Assembly: GCA_043228905.1 (NCBI GenBank)
Contig: JBHGNT010000012.1
Span: 12,834,001 to 12,898,000, forward strand
Direction: 5' to 3'
Length of the DNA stretch: 64,000 nucleotides
Source: Azolla caroliniana
Lineage: Eukaryota; Plantae; Polypodiophyta
In this document: piece by piece, positions 29,501-41,785 of the stretch
Layout: every line of letters starts with the position of its first letter
How positions within the stretch are numbered: position 1 is the first letter of the stretch
Notes under the pieces: model-generated
The model's database searches: none
What the model was told of the DNA's origin: nothing
Seen by the model: the letters and a program-made list of their open reading frames with translations, nothing else
Translations under genes and position numbers: made by a program

Positions 29501-30267
29501 GCATTTTTGCAACGCCAATGTATCATGACATGGGACAAATGTGGAGGCTCACGCTTCACACATTATACTACACATGTTGCACCTAACTACAAAACCATAT
29601 TCTTTGCGGAACGGGGAAATCGTACACATCCATACATGTTAGAGCCCATACCGTTATCTGCCATTCGAACCATTGCTTCCATGCGACTTAGCTCACATGC
29701 ATTGCGATGTGAAACAGGGAGTTGGGGTACAAGTGATGAGAGTGGTCGGCTATGCACACTTTGCCCTAAACAAGTTCGCGAGTCTGAGTATCACACTTTG
29801 ATACAATGCTCTGCCTTTGATCATATTCGACCATGCTTTCCACATCTCTTCGATCGAGCCCAATCTTTGCATGAATTCCTCTCACAACCACAATGTGCAC
29901 TCTCGATTGCAACATTCATTGGTAAAGTTCTTGAACATCGAGAGTCACTACTCACTTTCACACGTATCACGTGAAATGTAATATTTTTGGTCTCATAGGT
30001 CATATTTGATCTCCGAAGACGATAATATAATCTATCTATCTATCTATCTATCTATCTCTCTTCCTCTCTCTCCCCTTAACGTTGAACCCCCTTGGGAGGG
30101 GGGTGGAGCCATTCTAGGCACCAACCCCCACCCCACAATGCTTCTCAATGGTTGTCTTGTTCTTCACGTCCTCTCTCATCATCACACATTCATTATCAAT
30201 CTACCATCATTACTAGCCCTATTCCTATCTTTATCATTATCATACCCTAACCCTAAAACGTATAACA
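26201..30267. mobile_element. Non-coding (LARD/TRIM-like) LTR element C
   Basis: Direct LTRs 26201-26753 and 28787-30267 (TG...CA; the second is interrupted by a LINE); TSD CACGT/CACGC; ~2-kb purine-skewed interior with no recognisable domains; orientation ambiguous. Confidence 0.9.
29090..30054 (+). mobile_element. 5'-truncated RTE/RTEX-like LINE inserted in the (TC)n tract of an element C LTR
   Basis: LFDTLVTPVLLYGVEVWG ... MRLSSHALRCETG ... CTLC...ESEYHTLIQC, stop at 29974, short 3'UTR and (TCTA)n tail; absent from the other LTR copy. Confidence 0.92.
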
Positions 30268-30283
30268 CACGCTATTATTTTCA

Positions 30284-30682
30284 ATCAGTACCAAGATATA
30301 TAAAGCTTTGAACAAATTGTATATGTTCACCTTTATATGTGAGCATAGGGTAATGATGAGGTTGGATGGTTTGCACTACTATCATTTTTGTTTTCTCCAC
30401 ATTCACTACTAGTCCACTACTATGGTAAAATTCTTCTAATACCCCAAGTAATTGTTGCATACTATCAACATCATATGAGAAGAGTACCACATCATCTGCA
30501 TATAAAAGCAATAAGATAACATGTTGCATCAAATTGGGGCCATTCAATCCTTCTTCTCTTGCAACCTTATTCACCACTTCTTCTAATTTATCAATACATA
30601 AGCCAAAGAGTGTGGGTGATAGTGGACATCCTTGCTTGACCCCCATCTTACTTAAGAAGTGGTTTGAGAATCCACTATCCAT
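30284..30682 (-). mobile_element. RT core of the same 5'-truncated LINE, separated by the copia B insertion
   Basis: GVKQGCPLSPTLFG, LLYADD, VNVEKTK, FIYLG; joins YLG(T/I)D-VPATNKW across the TSD ATCAA/ATCAG. Confidence 0.88.
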
Positions 30683-30716
30683 AAGAGAGGGAGAGAGGGA
30701 GGAAGACTACATAGAG

Positions 30717-30775
<59 letters not shown>

Positions 30776-30797
30776 AGGGAGAGAGAGAGGGAGGGAG
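30683..30797. repeat. (GA)n microsatellite at a LINE 5' junction
   Basis: Read directly. Confidence 0.9.
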
Positions 30798-30946
30798 GTT
30801 TCCAAACTGGTTCACAAACCGCTTTAGGGATCGGTTTGGTTTGGTTTGGTTTAGGTTTGAGAACCCCAAAAAGGTTTAGGCTTAACCGGTTTGGCTTGGA
30901 TAAGGCCAAACCGATTAAGCCTAAACCGAACCGTTGCTGATCCCTA
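30798..30946. mobile_element. hAT-like terminal fragment / MITE remnant
   Basis: Multiple AAACCG/CGGTTT subterminal motifs, end GATCCCTA, internal ~24-bp hairpin; no TSD found. Confidence 0.55.
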
Positions 30947-31198
30947 CTTGGGGGTCTTAGGTCTGTCTATAAATATGAGGCCTAGCTACCCTCATTTGAC
31001 ACATTATCAACTACGTCGAGACTCTTTCTTTGTCGTGGATCAACTCTTGTAGTGAGCGCGCCAGTACCATGTACGACTCGATGCCACGACGGTGGTATGG
31101 GACGCCGATTGACGCTCGAGTCCATCTCGATCCCTTCGCTCAGGGGTCGTTGCTTGGATCGGCACCCTTCTTTCTCTCTCCTCTCTTAATTTTCTATC
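30947..31198 (+). mobile_element. Partial, older LTR of the chromovirus I family
   Basis: Aligns with 51007-51250 (TATAAAT, GAGGCCTAGCTACCCTCATTTGA and the GC-rich block). Confidence 0.88.
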
Positions 31199-34100
31199 TG
31201 TAAAAACGAAGCTACGGAAGCGTTAGACAACTGGTAGAAGGTATGCAGGAGAGACAGAGAAAGAGCAGAACAACTTAAATCTATTATCAACAACTCTGTA
31301 AAATTCTATGTATATACAACGTGGTCAACAACACTATTTATACAAGTCCTACGATGACTGATAGAAGTACGGTGTACTTCAATGCTCACACGAGCGTTTG
31401 ACACTACCTACGAGATATTAACTACCTAGTAGTCTAGGCTGCTACTAGGCTTCCGGTTATTGTTGGATCCGGCTAACTGGCCCCCTAGCTCACCGGCTCA
31501 CCGATCTGGCTCATCCTTCCGGATGCCGATCCGGCTTAGGCTTATTCAGCTGATCCGGATCCGGTTGAGCTTGCCGCTCAACACTCCCCCTCAAGCTCAA
31601 CTTGAGGTCGGATCATAGTGTCAGTCTCCATGGCAGTCGGTCCTTCCACTCAGCTCCTTCTGGCGTCACTTTGCCTCGCTCGAGCTCCTCGTCCGGTCCG
31701 GTCCCGTTTGCTGTGACCCTTCTGATTTTGCGCACCTCGACCTCCTCGGTCGGCTTGTCTGCTCAATAGGCCCAATTAAGCTCCCTCGCTTCTGTGACTT
31801 TGGCGCTTGCCAATTCGTCGATTCCTTCGTGTTGGCGTCGACTTTCGATGCCTTCTCATCCTCTTGGCCTTGAATTGATCCAGTTCTTCCGAATCCGTCA
31901 GTTGAATTGAATCGGCTGTTTCCGATTTGTTCCAGCTCTTGTCCGAATCGATCGCTCCCGATTCGTCTTCCGGTTCTAGGCCCTTCACCACATCAAACCA
32001 TATCCGGGTCTTGGCCTTCTTCTTCCGGTCGGCTCTATCCCTGTTGATTCTACCGCCGCTACCGCTTGTTCCGACTTGTTCAGATGTGTCAAATTCCTTT
32101 GTCGACTCGGCTCCTTTCTTCTTCTTGTCTCTCCCTTTGTCGGTTCTTCCCTGACCGGCACAATCAGCTATTTCTTTGCCTTTGCTCATTCCGATGTCTT
32201 TGCTCGTTCTCCCCCTCAAGTGTGGCACATCGAGATGCAAAACTCCAAGCATTTCGGGGAAGTGCTGCAACTTGTCCAATCTGAGCGGTTTGGTGAAGAT
32301 GTCAGCTACTTGCCGATCCATATGAACATACTGAAGTTCGACTTCACCGCTCAGGACATGCTCACACACGAAGTGGTAGTGCACTTCTATGTGCTTTGTG
32401 CGAGCATGGAATACGAGGTTCTTGGCGAGCTGCATGTTGGTTATGTTATCACAGTAGATCAGGATCGGGGTCGGCACCACGATCCATAGGTCTTGTAGCA
32501 GTTGACGAAGCCAAATGGCTTCACAGGTGGCAACGGTAGTGCCCCGGTATTCAGCCTCAATGCTCGAAAGGGCCACTGTTGGCTGCTTTTTGCTGCTCCA
32601 TGCAACAACCACGCTACCAAGGGAAAACATATAGCTGGAGGTGGATCGGCGATCCGATGCATCGCCGGCCTAGTTGGCATCGGTGTAGCCGACTAGGTCT
32701 TCAGTTATACCATGCCGGTATAACAGTCCCCGGTCCTTCGTGCCGCTCATATATCGCAAGATTCGATGCGCGCACAGAAGATGCTCCACGGTCGGCTTTT
32801 CCATATATAGGCTGATCACACCGTCCGGATAACTAATGTCGGGTCGGGTGATTGTCAAATATATAAGGCTTCCAACGATTTGTCGGAACCGCTTCTCATC
32901 GCAGGCCGGTCCGGAGTCCAGACGGAGCTTCTGGTTCCGGTGCAGGGGTCTGGTGATTGGTCGGCATTCCATCATGCCAAACTTGTACAACATATTCAAC
33001 ACATAGTGTCTTTGTGAGAGCAATATGCCGTCGGGGGTTCGGATCACCTCGATCCGAAGAAAATAATGAAGGTCCCCCAGGTTCTTCATTTCAAATGCGT
33101 CCGACAGGTGGGATTTGACTCGGCTGATTTCATCGAGTCCGGGTCCGGTGATGACTAGATCATCAACATACAGCAAGATGCAAACCGGACCGTCCGGACC
33201 TTGCCGGATGAACAACGAAGAGTCAGACTTGGAGGCCGCAAACCCCATCTTACACAACCGGTGCGTGATCTTCGCATTCCAAGCTCAGGGGGCTTGCTTC
33301 AGGCCATAGAGTGACTTCTTCAGCCGGCATACCGCCGACTTGTTCATCTCCGATTGGAAACTGGGGGGTTGGGTCATAAAGACCTCTTCTTCAAGATCTC
33401 CTTGAAGAAAGGAATTCTTCACGTCCATCTAGTGAACATGCCACCCTCTTGTCGCAGCAACAGCCAGCATCACACGAACCGTCGTAGTCGATTCCGTGGG
33501 TCTGCGCGTATCCCTTCGCCACTAACCGGGCCTTGTACCGGTTAACCAAACCGTCGGCATTGTACTTTACCTTGTACACCCACTTATATCCGATCGGTTT
33601 ATAGTGTCGGGGAGGGTCAACTAGGTCCGATGTGTCGTTGGCATCAAGTGCCCGCATTTCTTCCTCCATAGTGGCACGCCAATTTGCGTCCTTTGCCGCT
33701 TCTGCGTAGCTCTCCGGCTCACACACTTCCGCCACCTTGGTCATGTACACATAGTGATGCGCCCGTACTCATTGTACCCGTACCGCTTCATGGGGTTCTT
33801 CTAGTGGGAAGACCAACATAACTTATCGTTACCCAATTTGAGGCCCTTCTTGGCCGGTTCGGTCTTCGTTGTCGAAGATCCGCCTTCTTCTTTTTCGGAG
33901 TCGGATCCGCTCCGATCCAACTCACCATTGCCAGTCTCGTGCTCCGGCATCTTCCTCTTCCCCTTTTCCTTGCGCGTGAATTGTCTCCTCGGTTCCTTGC
34001 GCGGGGGGAACACGATAGAGTCCCCACTACTCACTGGTTCATCTTCCGACTGGTCTGTCTAACCCAGTTGCTCGTTTGGCCCACTCAACCGAAACGATTC

Positions 34101-36230
34101 CGGACTCACATCTAGAGTCTCGAACCCTTCGTCTTCTAACTGGACCAGTTCAAGCTCACTAGCCTCATCGTCCGGTATCGGGTTGGGGTCGGAAGTTGGA
34201 GCCGGTAAGGCATACCATGATGCCGTCTCATCAAACTCAACATCTCGGCTAACTCAGACCTGCATTGTCTGGGGGTTATAACACTTATACCCCTTTTGCT
34301 CATGCGAGTAACCGACCAAGATGCATTTCTCCGACTTTGCATCCAACTTCCTCCGCTTCTCATCCGGCACATGCACATATGCAATGCTACCGAATATCCG
34401 AAGGTGTCTCAAATTCGGCTTGCTCCCGAAATACAGCTCATGCGCGGACACCTTGTCACCAATCCGGTTTTGGATGTAGACGGTCGTCCGGACCGCCTCG
34501 GCCTAGTAGAAATGAGGCATGCTCTTCTCCTCCAGCATTGCCCCTGCCGCGTTGACAATCGACTGGTTCTTCCTCTAGGCCACACCGTTTTGCTTCGGTG
34601 TGTATCTGCAGCTGAACTCTCTCTAAATTCCTTTTTGCTGCAGATAACTATTGAATTGGCTGGAAAAATATTCTTTTCCGCCATCTGACCATAGGCACTT
34701 GATCTTCCTCTCCGTTTCCCATTCAACTAGGCTTTGTAGGTTCCGGAAACACTCGAAGACTTTGCTCTTCCGCTCAATGAGGTAGATCCATGTGTGTTGG
34801 TTGTAGTCGTCGATGAAGGAGACGAAATACCGACTCCCACCAAGACTAACGTTTTGTGCCGGTCCCCATACATCTGAATGAATAAGGCCAACCTTGTTAC
34901 GGCTACGATTTAGGTTGATGGGGAATGGAAGCCGATGTTGCTTCCCGAGTTGGCAGGCTTCACAAATTTTGGCATTCTGGCCGCTAAATTTTGGCAAACC
35001 GAAAACGACTTGTTTCAATTGCAAGTCTTGAAGCCTCCGATAATTGACGTGGCCAATCCGCTTGGGCCACAGGTCGATGTCCGATTCAACCTTCTGCCCT
35101 TTCGCAAACATAGCGGTGCCTACGTCATTGGTGTCATTGACGTGGCCGATCCGCTTGGGCCACAGGTTGATGTCCGATTCAACCTTCTGCGCTTTCGCAA
35201 ACATCCTCCCATCTCTGCGCCCTTGAGCAATAATCTGGCCCTCTTCCTCGATGAATCACCCAAGGTGCGTAAACCGCACCTGCATCCCCTGGTCAATGAT
35301 TTGACCGACTGACACTAGGTTCTTCGTGATAGTCAGAACGTGTAATACGTTCATCAGCTTCCCCCTTTGTCCGACGTGGCTCAAAGGGACTTCTCCGACA
35401 TGCACGATTGCCTGAGGAGTGTCTTCTCTGGTTTCGACGACTCCTGGTTGTTCCGGTTTCTCCAATAAAGAGAAGCACTCTCTGTGGCTCGTCATGTGAT
35501 TCAACGCACCGGAATCAACGTACCACACTTCCTCCGATTTGGAGGTGGTCTTCTTTATCGAGTTAGCCTCGTGTTTTATCACCAAGGCTGGCCCCTTACC
35601 GGCTTCTCCGGTTTTGGATCCTCCCGATCCTTCCGCGTAGTGCGAGTATTGCTGGTTCTCTTTGCCCGGCCTTGCTGGATCCAGATCTCTTCGAATCGGC
35701 GTGCTTCTTCCAACACTCGCTTTCTCTATGGCCGTTTTCCCCATAGTACCAGCATTCCGTGTCGGCCTCTGGCGCCACCTTGACTCCCCCTGCTTGTGGA
35801 GGGTCTAGAACTGTTGTACGCACGTTCTCTGTGCCTTCGGTCCTGCTCTTTCCGGCTGCTACCATTGCGAGCCGACCCACCTTGTTCACCACGCAGGTTT
35901 CCCCAAGCTTCTTTTGGCATCTTTGCATCTCGGACATGGCTCAACAGCTGGTCTCTGACACTGGATGCAAAGTAGTACATCACTCAGCTTGCCGCTTGTT
36001 CCCACACTAGGAAGTCCTTTTGTGCCACATCAGGTGCTGTGTCATTAGCTCCGTCGACATAGCTCTAGTAACCATGCCCAAGCAGATACTAGTGCATCTT
36101 GTATGACCAAGATGCGTAGTTAGATCTGTCGAGCTTCTCCACCGGAAGTGAGCTAGCCATTCCTCTGTCCATCATTTCTCTTTCTGTTCTTACCGGGTCT
36201 TATGGTTTGTCTCCATATTTCTCGATTTCC
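31199..36230 (-). mobile_element. Degraded copia (copia D, relative of B and J); 3' LTR 31199-31583, 5' LTR missing
   Basis: PPT next to 31584; RNase H ([11 protein letters not shown]), RT (YVDDL, YKARLV), integrase, protease (WYVDSG) and gag fragments in copia order. Confidence 0.92.
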
Positions 36231-36233
36231 TTC

Positions 36234-36479
36234 TTAATCAAACATGTCACCCCTCCTTGTCCTCTTCTTTTGTCTTGGATTTTTCTTCCATATCAAAGAG
36301 TGTACATTATAGTTTCCTAAACCTTGAATCCTTTGAGTATCACGCTCCCATGTTTCAACAAGAAGTGTGATATCCGAGTCATCGGTGAACTCCTTTATGC
36401 CAAATCCTGCATTCCATGGGTATCCATTGCAATTCCAAAAGTATAGTCGTAAAATGCGTGGGTTAGTCTCATAGGTCAT
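36234..36479 (-). pseudogene. LINE ORF2 N-terminus, AP endonuclease fragment
   Basis: LYFWNCNG and DITLLVETW match the first two APE motifs; truncated against copia D. Confidence 0.8.
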
Positions 36480-36489
36480 GTGTCCCTAT

Positions 36490-37376
36490 CATGGTTGTTT
36501 ACGTACCCATATTTAACGTTTAAATACGTATAGTACCTCATCATTTGTATAGTACGTACTATACCTCAATGTTGTTCAGTCAAATATCATGTACGTTTGT
36601 CCAATACAGTATTTAACGTATTTATAAAAAAACAGGTATAATACATATTTATAAAGAAAATGTAAGTAAAACCCTAACAAAAAGAAAAAGAAAAAAAAGA
36701 TTTTAGTGAAAAAGAAGCCAAAGGAAGGAAGAAAGAAGAATAGAAGAGACGACGATGAAGAAGATGAAGACGAAGAAGAAGAAGAAGAGAGAAAAGAAGA
36801 CATAAACCTGTCTTGAGTGTGATAATCGCAAAAGATAGAAGAAGAAGAAGAAGAAGAAGAAGAAGAAGAAGAAGAAGAAGAAGAAGAAGAAGAAGAAGAA
36901 AATGAAGAAAAGAGAAACCTATCATGAGCGTGATAATCGTAGACGATTCGTCAATCTATGAAGGCATAATTGTAAATAATTACAATTTGAAGTAGAACAT
37001 CGTGATACACACTTACACTGATTTATAGAATAAGGGAATGTTGACATCTATATTACTACAAGTATTTTAGGATGTGAAATGTTCAAATGTCTTATATGCA
37101 TTTTAGGATGTAGAACTATATTGTACATCACAAAATTGTGTAAACATAGATGTTTTTTACAATATTATAGATATTTTTTAGAAAGGTAAATAATTTTCAA
37201 ATTCTAGAAGTATTTAACGTACTATACGTAGAATACATATTTAACATATTTTATAAGTATTTAACATATTAAGAAAACGTATTTAACATATTTTTAAATT
37301 GGGAGGTACTATATGGGTATTAATACGTTAAATACGTATGGTATCCGTATTGTACCTAACGTACCTAACAACCTTG
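36490..37376. mobile_element. Non-autonomous hAT-type DNA transposon
   Basis: TIRs CATGGTTGTT / CAAGGTTGTT, shared subterminal ATTTAACGT and TAGTACCTC motifs, 8-bp TSD GTCCCTAT/GTTCCTAT, internal (GAA)n. Confidence 0.82.
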
Positions 37377-37380
37377 GTTC

Positions 37381-37716
37381 CTATTTGGCTAAATTTCCAT
37401 CTTTAGGCACATCCTTAACCTTATTTTTCAATCTTTCTTCATATGCTTTACGGCGAGCATTTTGTTGTGAGATAGTACGATTCAGTCACAAAGCATTGCG
37501 TTGCGTACCTTTGAGGTATACCCAACTGTTTTCGAGTATGATCAGCCACTTTGTATCATCTGTCATTGTGCATACAATAGGCCTTTCTCCAGAGCGAGTA
37601 ACACCATTTTTCCCAACTCGGTGTGCCCCATATACATTCACATCTGACATCCCATAATGCATTCTAAAAGATTCACCAATGGCCTTTCCAAGGGATGCAG
37701 GTCTTTCCATACTCTC
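37381..37716 (-). pseudogene. LINE ORF1 C-terminal fragment (L1-type RRM-like)
   Basis: GAHRVGK...RPIVCTM motif followed by RRKAYEERLKNK...AK*; ORF2 ATG follows a few bases later once the hAT insertion is removed. Confidence 0.65.
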
Positions 37717-39400
37717 GATAGAGAGATAGAGAGAAGAGAGAGAGAATGATGATAACAAGTGGTATATTATATGAAGAGAAGATACAAGAGTAGCTAGGAG
37801 GCTTAAGACTGGCATTGAACCGAATTGGTTCTGAATAATGCCATATGCATCTATTTATAGTACTCTCAGGAGTACTCCTGAAGTTTCTAAAATGTTCCAA
37901 AGTAATCTATAATATACATGAATTTCTTATGGTGAAATAATAAATGAAAATAATATTTTTCGTATAATGCATGGTTTAATGGTAAGGTTTCAACCCATGT
38001 AACACAAGGTCATGGGTTTGAATGCTCTTAGAGCCATACCATGTCATATCATGACACTATCCCCCCTTTAAACGATGAGTGTTACGAGTCGTCTTTGATT
38101 GAGGACTTGGTTTATCCGGATATTGACGATGGAAGTCTTTAAGAAGAGCTCGAGCATTCGCCAAATTCGTCACTGGTTCCCAAGTACGCTCGCTTGGACT
38201 ATACCCTAGCCAATCGACCAAATAATAGATCTTGTTGCGAACGATCTTGGAGTCGAGGATGATAGCAACCTCGTACTCAGGTCTATCTTCAAGTTCGATT
38301 GGGGCTGGAGGTGGTGTAATACGATCTAGGATAGTGTTGTCCCGATAGGGTTCTAGAGGAGAAATAGATTGCCATGGTTTTCTTGGGATCAGTAATAGCT
38401 CCAACAAACCATATGGATGATGTCACAACATCTTCGCTCTACAACATGTATCACATGTCCAAACATAGTCTTCGACAAATCTTCTCATATGAGGCCACCA
38501 AAATGATCATTGTACTAAATCCAACATTTTAGTACTACCAAAATGTCCGGCTATGTATGTGTCATGATAATTTTGTACTATTTGAAGGTCTCACAAACCA
38601 TTGGGAACATATGAAAGTTTCTTAAAGAAGAATAATCCATTATGACATTTGAATTGTTGATAATCTATACTTGGTTGCTGTGATCGTGAACAAGATGCCC
38701 GACAAGGATCGATTTGATCTAGAATAGCTTGAGCGAAAAAATCTGTCTTCAAATCTTCACGTATGGTATTGATAATGCGGGAATCCCATGGAGTGTCAAA
38801 GACCCACATTGCTAGAAGTCATGTCGGACCCACGATTACTTGCTTTAAATGATTGTCGAAGGTTGGATCACCAAGACGATGAGCTAGATACGAGCGTCGT
38901 GATAATGCATCCGCCTTCCCCTATTTCTTGCTCGGACGATATGTAATGTCAAAGTCAAAACGAGTGAGGAATTGGGCACACCGAGCTTGTCGCCTATTTA
39001 ATACGCGAGCATTCTGGATGTAGGCAAGATTCTTATGATCACTGAATACAGTGACTTGATGAGGAGATCCTTCTAAAAAATGCCTCCATTGTGTAAACGA
39101 GTCCACTATTGATAAGATCTCCTTGTTATGTATCTCGTAGTTGATTTCAGCAACGTCAAATTTGCGTGAGTGGAAAGCCAAGGGATGTAGCTTCTCATTC
39201 ATTACCTTGTTGTGACAAAATACTACCGAGGGCGAAATCGGACGCGTCTGCTTCAATGATAAATGGTTTTTGTGGATCAACATGAGCTGATGTAAATGCT
39301 TTCTTAAGACCCTCAAAAGTCATGTCCGCTTCCTTAGTCCAAACAAATGATTGGTCCTTCTTTGTAAGTTGTGTGAATGGCAAAATACAATTGAAAAGAT
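37717..39400 (-). mobile_element. Degraded Tcn1-like chromovirus (RNase H, partly deleted integrase, chromodomain, PPT, partial 3' LTR ending at 38056)
   Basis: EADASDFALGSILSQ, HSRKF..AEINYEIH, SDHKNL, LNRRQAR; canonical chromodomain EYEVAIILDSK..YLVDWLGY...TWEP; PPT AAAGGGGGGATAG. Confidence 0.88.
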
Positions 39401-39765
39401 CTTCAACCACTGGAGAACATATCGTCAAATATACAATTGAAAGTACAAATGAGACAGTATACAACACTCTTTGTAACGGTGTGTATTAGCGACATAGGGC
39501 TCTTAGCGTCTAAGCTCACTCAGCTATGGCACCACTCACCTCTCACTCTCTCTTTCTCAATCTCACTGTCACACACTACAAAAACTCAACTCAGCACTTC
39601 TATTTTTTAATATGTTTGCCCTAAGTGTATTTATACTTATACACAATATGGCATATTTAGAAGTGTAGCCACTGCTACTGTCATTCTTATTATGATACTT
39701 TTTGACAATCCAACTCAACTTCCCGTGTGATGGAACACACTCTAGGATACTCAAGTGTGTGACCA
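39400..39765 (-). mobile_element. Copia LTR fragment related to the LTR at 2268-2858
   Basis: Shared AGGGCTCTTAGCGTCTA, CAGCTATGGC and TGTATTTATACTTATACA blocks; boundaries approximate. Confidence 0.7.
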
Positions 39766-39769
39766 ACCC

Positions 39770-39985
39770 ACCTCCTTGTATAATAACTAGTGTGTCATAG
39801 AAGTTAATATCCTATGACACATACTCATTAAGTAGTTAAGACACGACCTCTTTCCCAAGAGGCGGTACTAGTGAGAGAACTTAGAGAGAAGGTGAGTGCA
39901 TAAGAACCTTGTCCTTCTCTTTGTAACTATTGGTCATTCTTGTCTCCTTGTTAATACAATTTTTTGTTTTTATGTAATCTTGAGT

Positions 39986-40038
<53 letters not shown>

Positions 40039-41785
40039 CTTCCACTCCACAAAATCCATCTGATTTGTTACATGGTATCAGAGCATGTGCTAGCTTGATC
40101 TAAGCTCATTGCCTTTACGTGTATTGTGCCCAAGCCCGCGTTCGGAAAGAGTTGGTTGATCGTTGTGGTAGCAATCTGCATAGTTCGTATCAAGAGAAGA
40201 AGAAGAAGAAGTTCGACAATGAATACTCAGATGGGAAGCTCTCTTCCTACTGGGAAGCTTGACAGAAACAACTTTGCATCTTGGGAGTACAAGATGCACG
40301 ATTACCTTGTTGGCCACGGTTATTGGAGTTATGTCGAAGGAGCAAACAAAAATCAGCCCAACCCAATACATGCCAGGCTGACTACCTAGCTTGGGAGCAA
40401 GCGGTGAGTCGTGTGTTGTACTGCCTTGCATCATGCGTTCATGATCACATGCTCGGCTACATCAAAGAGGCCAAAATGCCGAAGGAGGCGTGGGGAAACC
40501 TCAAGAAGATTTTTGCGCAAGAAAGCTTCAACTTAGTCAAGAGTTGAACGGTATATAACAAAGGGACATGTTAATCGACATCTACATCTTGAAGATCAAG
40601 GAGTTGTGTGATGCCCTCGGAACAATCAATGTTAGCATTGACGACGATGAAATGGTGTAGATTTGCCTCATAGGCTTAGCACCTCGGTTCGGAGCCATTC
40701 GGTTGGCAGTACTCACAAGGAAGAATCCTCCCTCTTTCTTCGATCTCCAGTCGATGTTGCTGGTCGAGGAGAACCATGTTTGAACAAGAAGCAATGAACA
40801 AGAAGGACACATGCTTATTTGAACTTTGATGGAGGAAGAGGCCGATTAGGCCAAGGCCAACACAACCAAGAGTAACCCTGAGAACATAACTTCTACTACG
40901 AACAAGATGCTTTGAACATGCGAGGTGGAGCGTTCGGAAGAAGGGGGAGCAATCATGCTGAACCCAGCCGACAAAACAATCTTGCCCAATGTGGATACTG
41001 TGGTAAATTTGGCAACTATGAGGCAGAGTGTAGGAAAAAGAAGAGTGAGTCAGACTCCACAAGCCAACAACTCACAAACTACGCCTCCAACTACGACTAC
41101 AACAATCGTGGTCGAATGTTTGTGATGAAGCACAATGCGAACTCGATGACGGCCTCCAAACCGACCAACACCTCCAAATCAGCAGATGTACGGTTTTTCG
41201 AGTCAAGTGCATCCAACCACATGACATCCCAGGAGGATTGGTTCAAAGAGCTACGAAAGCCCGGATGACCTGGCTATGTGGAAATAGGGGATGACACAAT
41301 TCACCCCATTCTGCATGTCGGAAATGTCCCATTTGGGGAAGAAGGCAACCAAACCTACATCAAGAATGTTCTACATGTTAAGTCCACTTCAATGATGGTG
41401 GCTGCTTCATTGAAAAAGAAGGCCGACTTATCGCTCATGGTCGGAGTGAAGATCGGATGTTCATCCTCGACTCTCACGAGATGAAATCGGCAATGTATGC
41501 CAAGGGTCATAGAGCCAACACTGACATAGAGTTGTGGCACAAGAGAATAGGCCAGATCAAGCTCCAAAAGCTCAAAGGAATGCAATCGAAAGGAGTCACC
41601 ATCAGACGGCCGACTTTTACCGAAAAGGAAATTGTAGGCGTAGGCAAACCTTGCCAATTCGGCAAACAACATCGACAACCGTTTCCAAAGGAGTGGATTA
41701 TAAGCAAAGGGATCCTGGATGTAATACATTCAAATGTATGGGGACTAGCCTAGACGGCAACATTTGGCGGTTGCCAGTACTTCTT
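39770..41785 (+). mobile_element. Degraded copia F, 5' part (LTR to 40072, PBS, gag, protease, pre-integrase)
   Basis: PBS TGGTATCAGAGC 40073-40084; KLDRNNFASWEYKMH, CGYCGK, LWHKRIG; interrupted at the integrase YF/FIDD motif. Confidence 0.85.

Larger units (their letters stand above)
20486..30283 (+). mobile_element. Degraded full-length copia element (copia B) with element C inserted in its 3' LTR
   Basis: 5' LTR 20486-20932; PBS TGGTATCAAAGC; gag-PR-INT-RT-RH with stops and frameshifts (WYVDSG, YKARLV, YVDD, DIFTKPL); PPT before 3' LTR 25767-26200, whose last bases lie at 30268-30283; TSD ATCAA/ATCAG. Confidence 0.93.
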
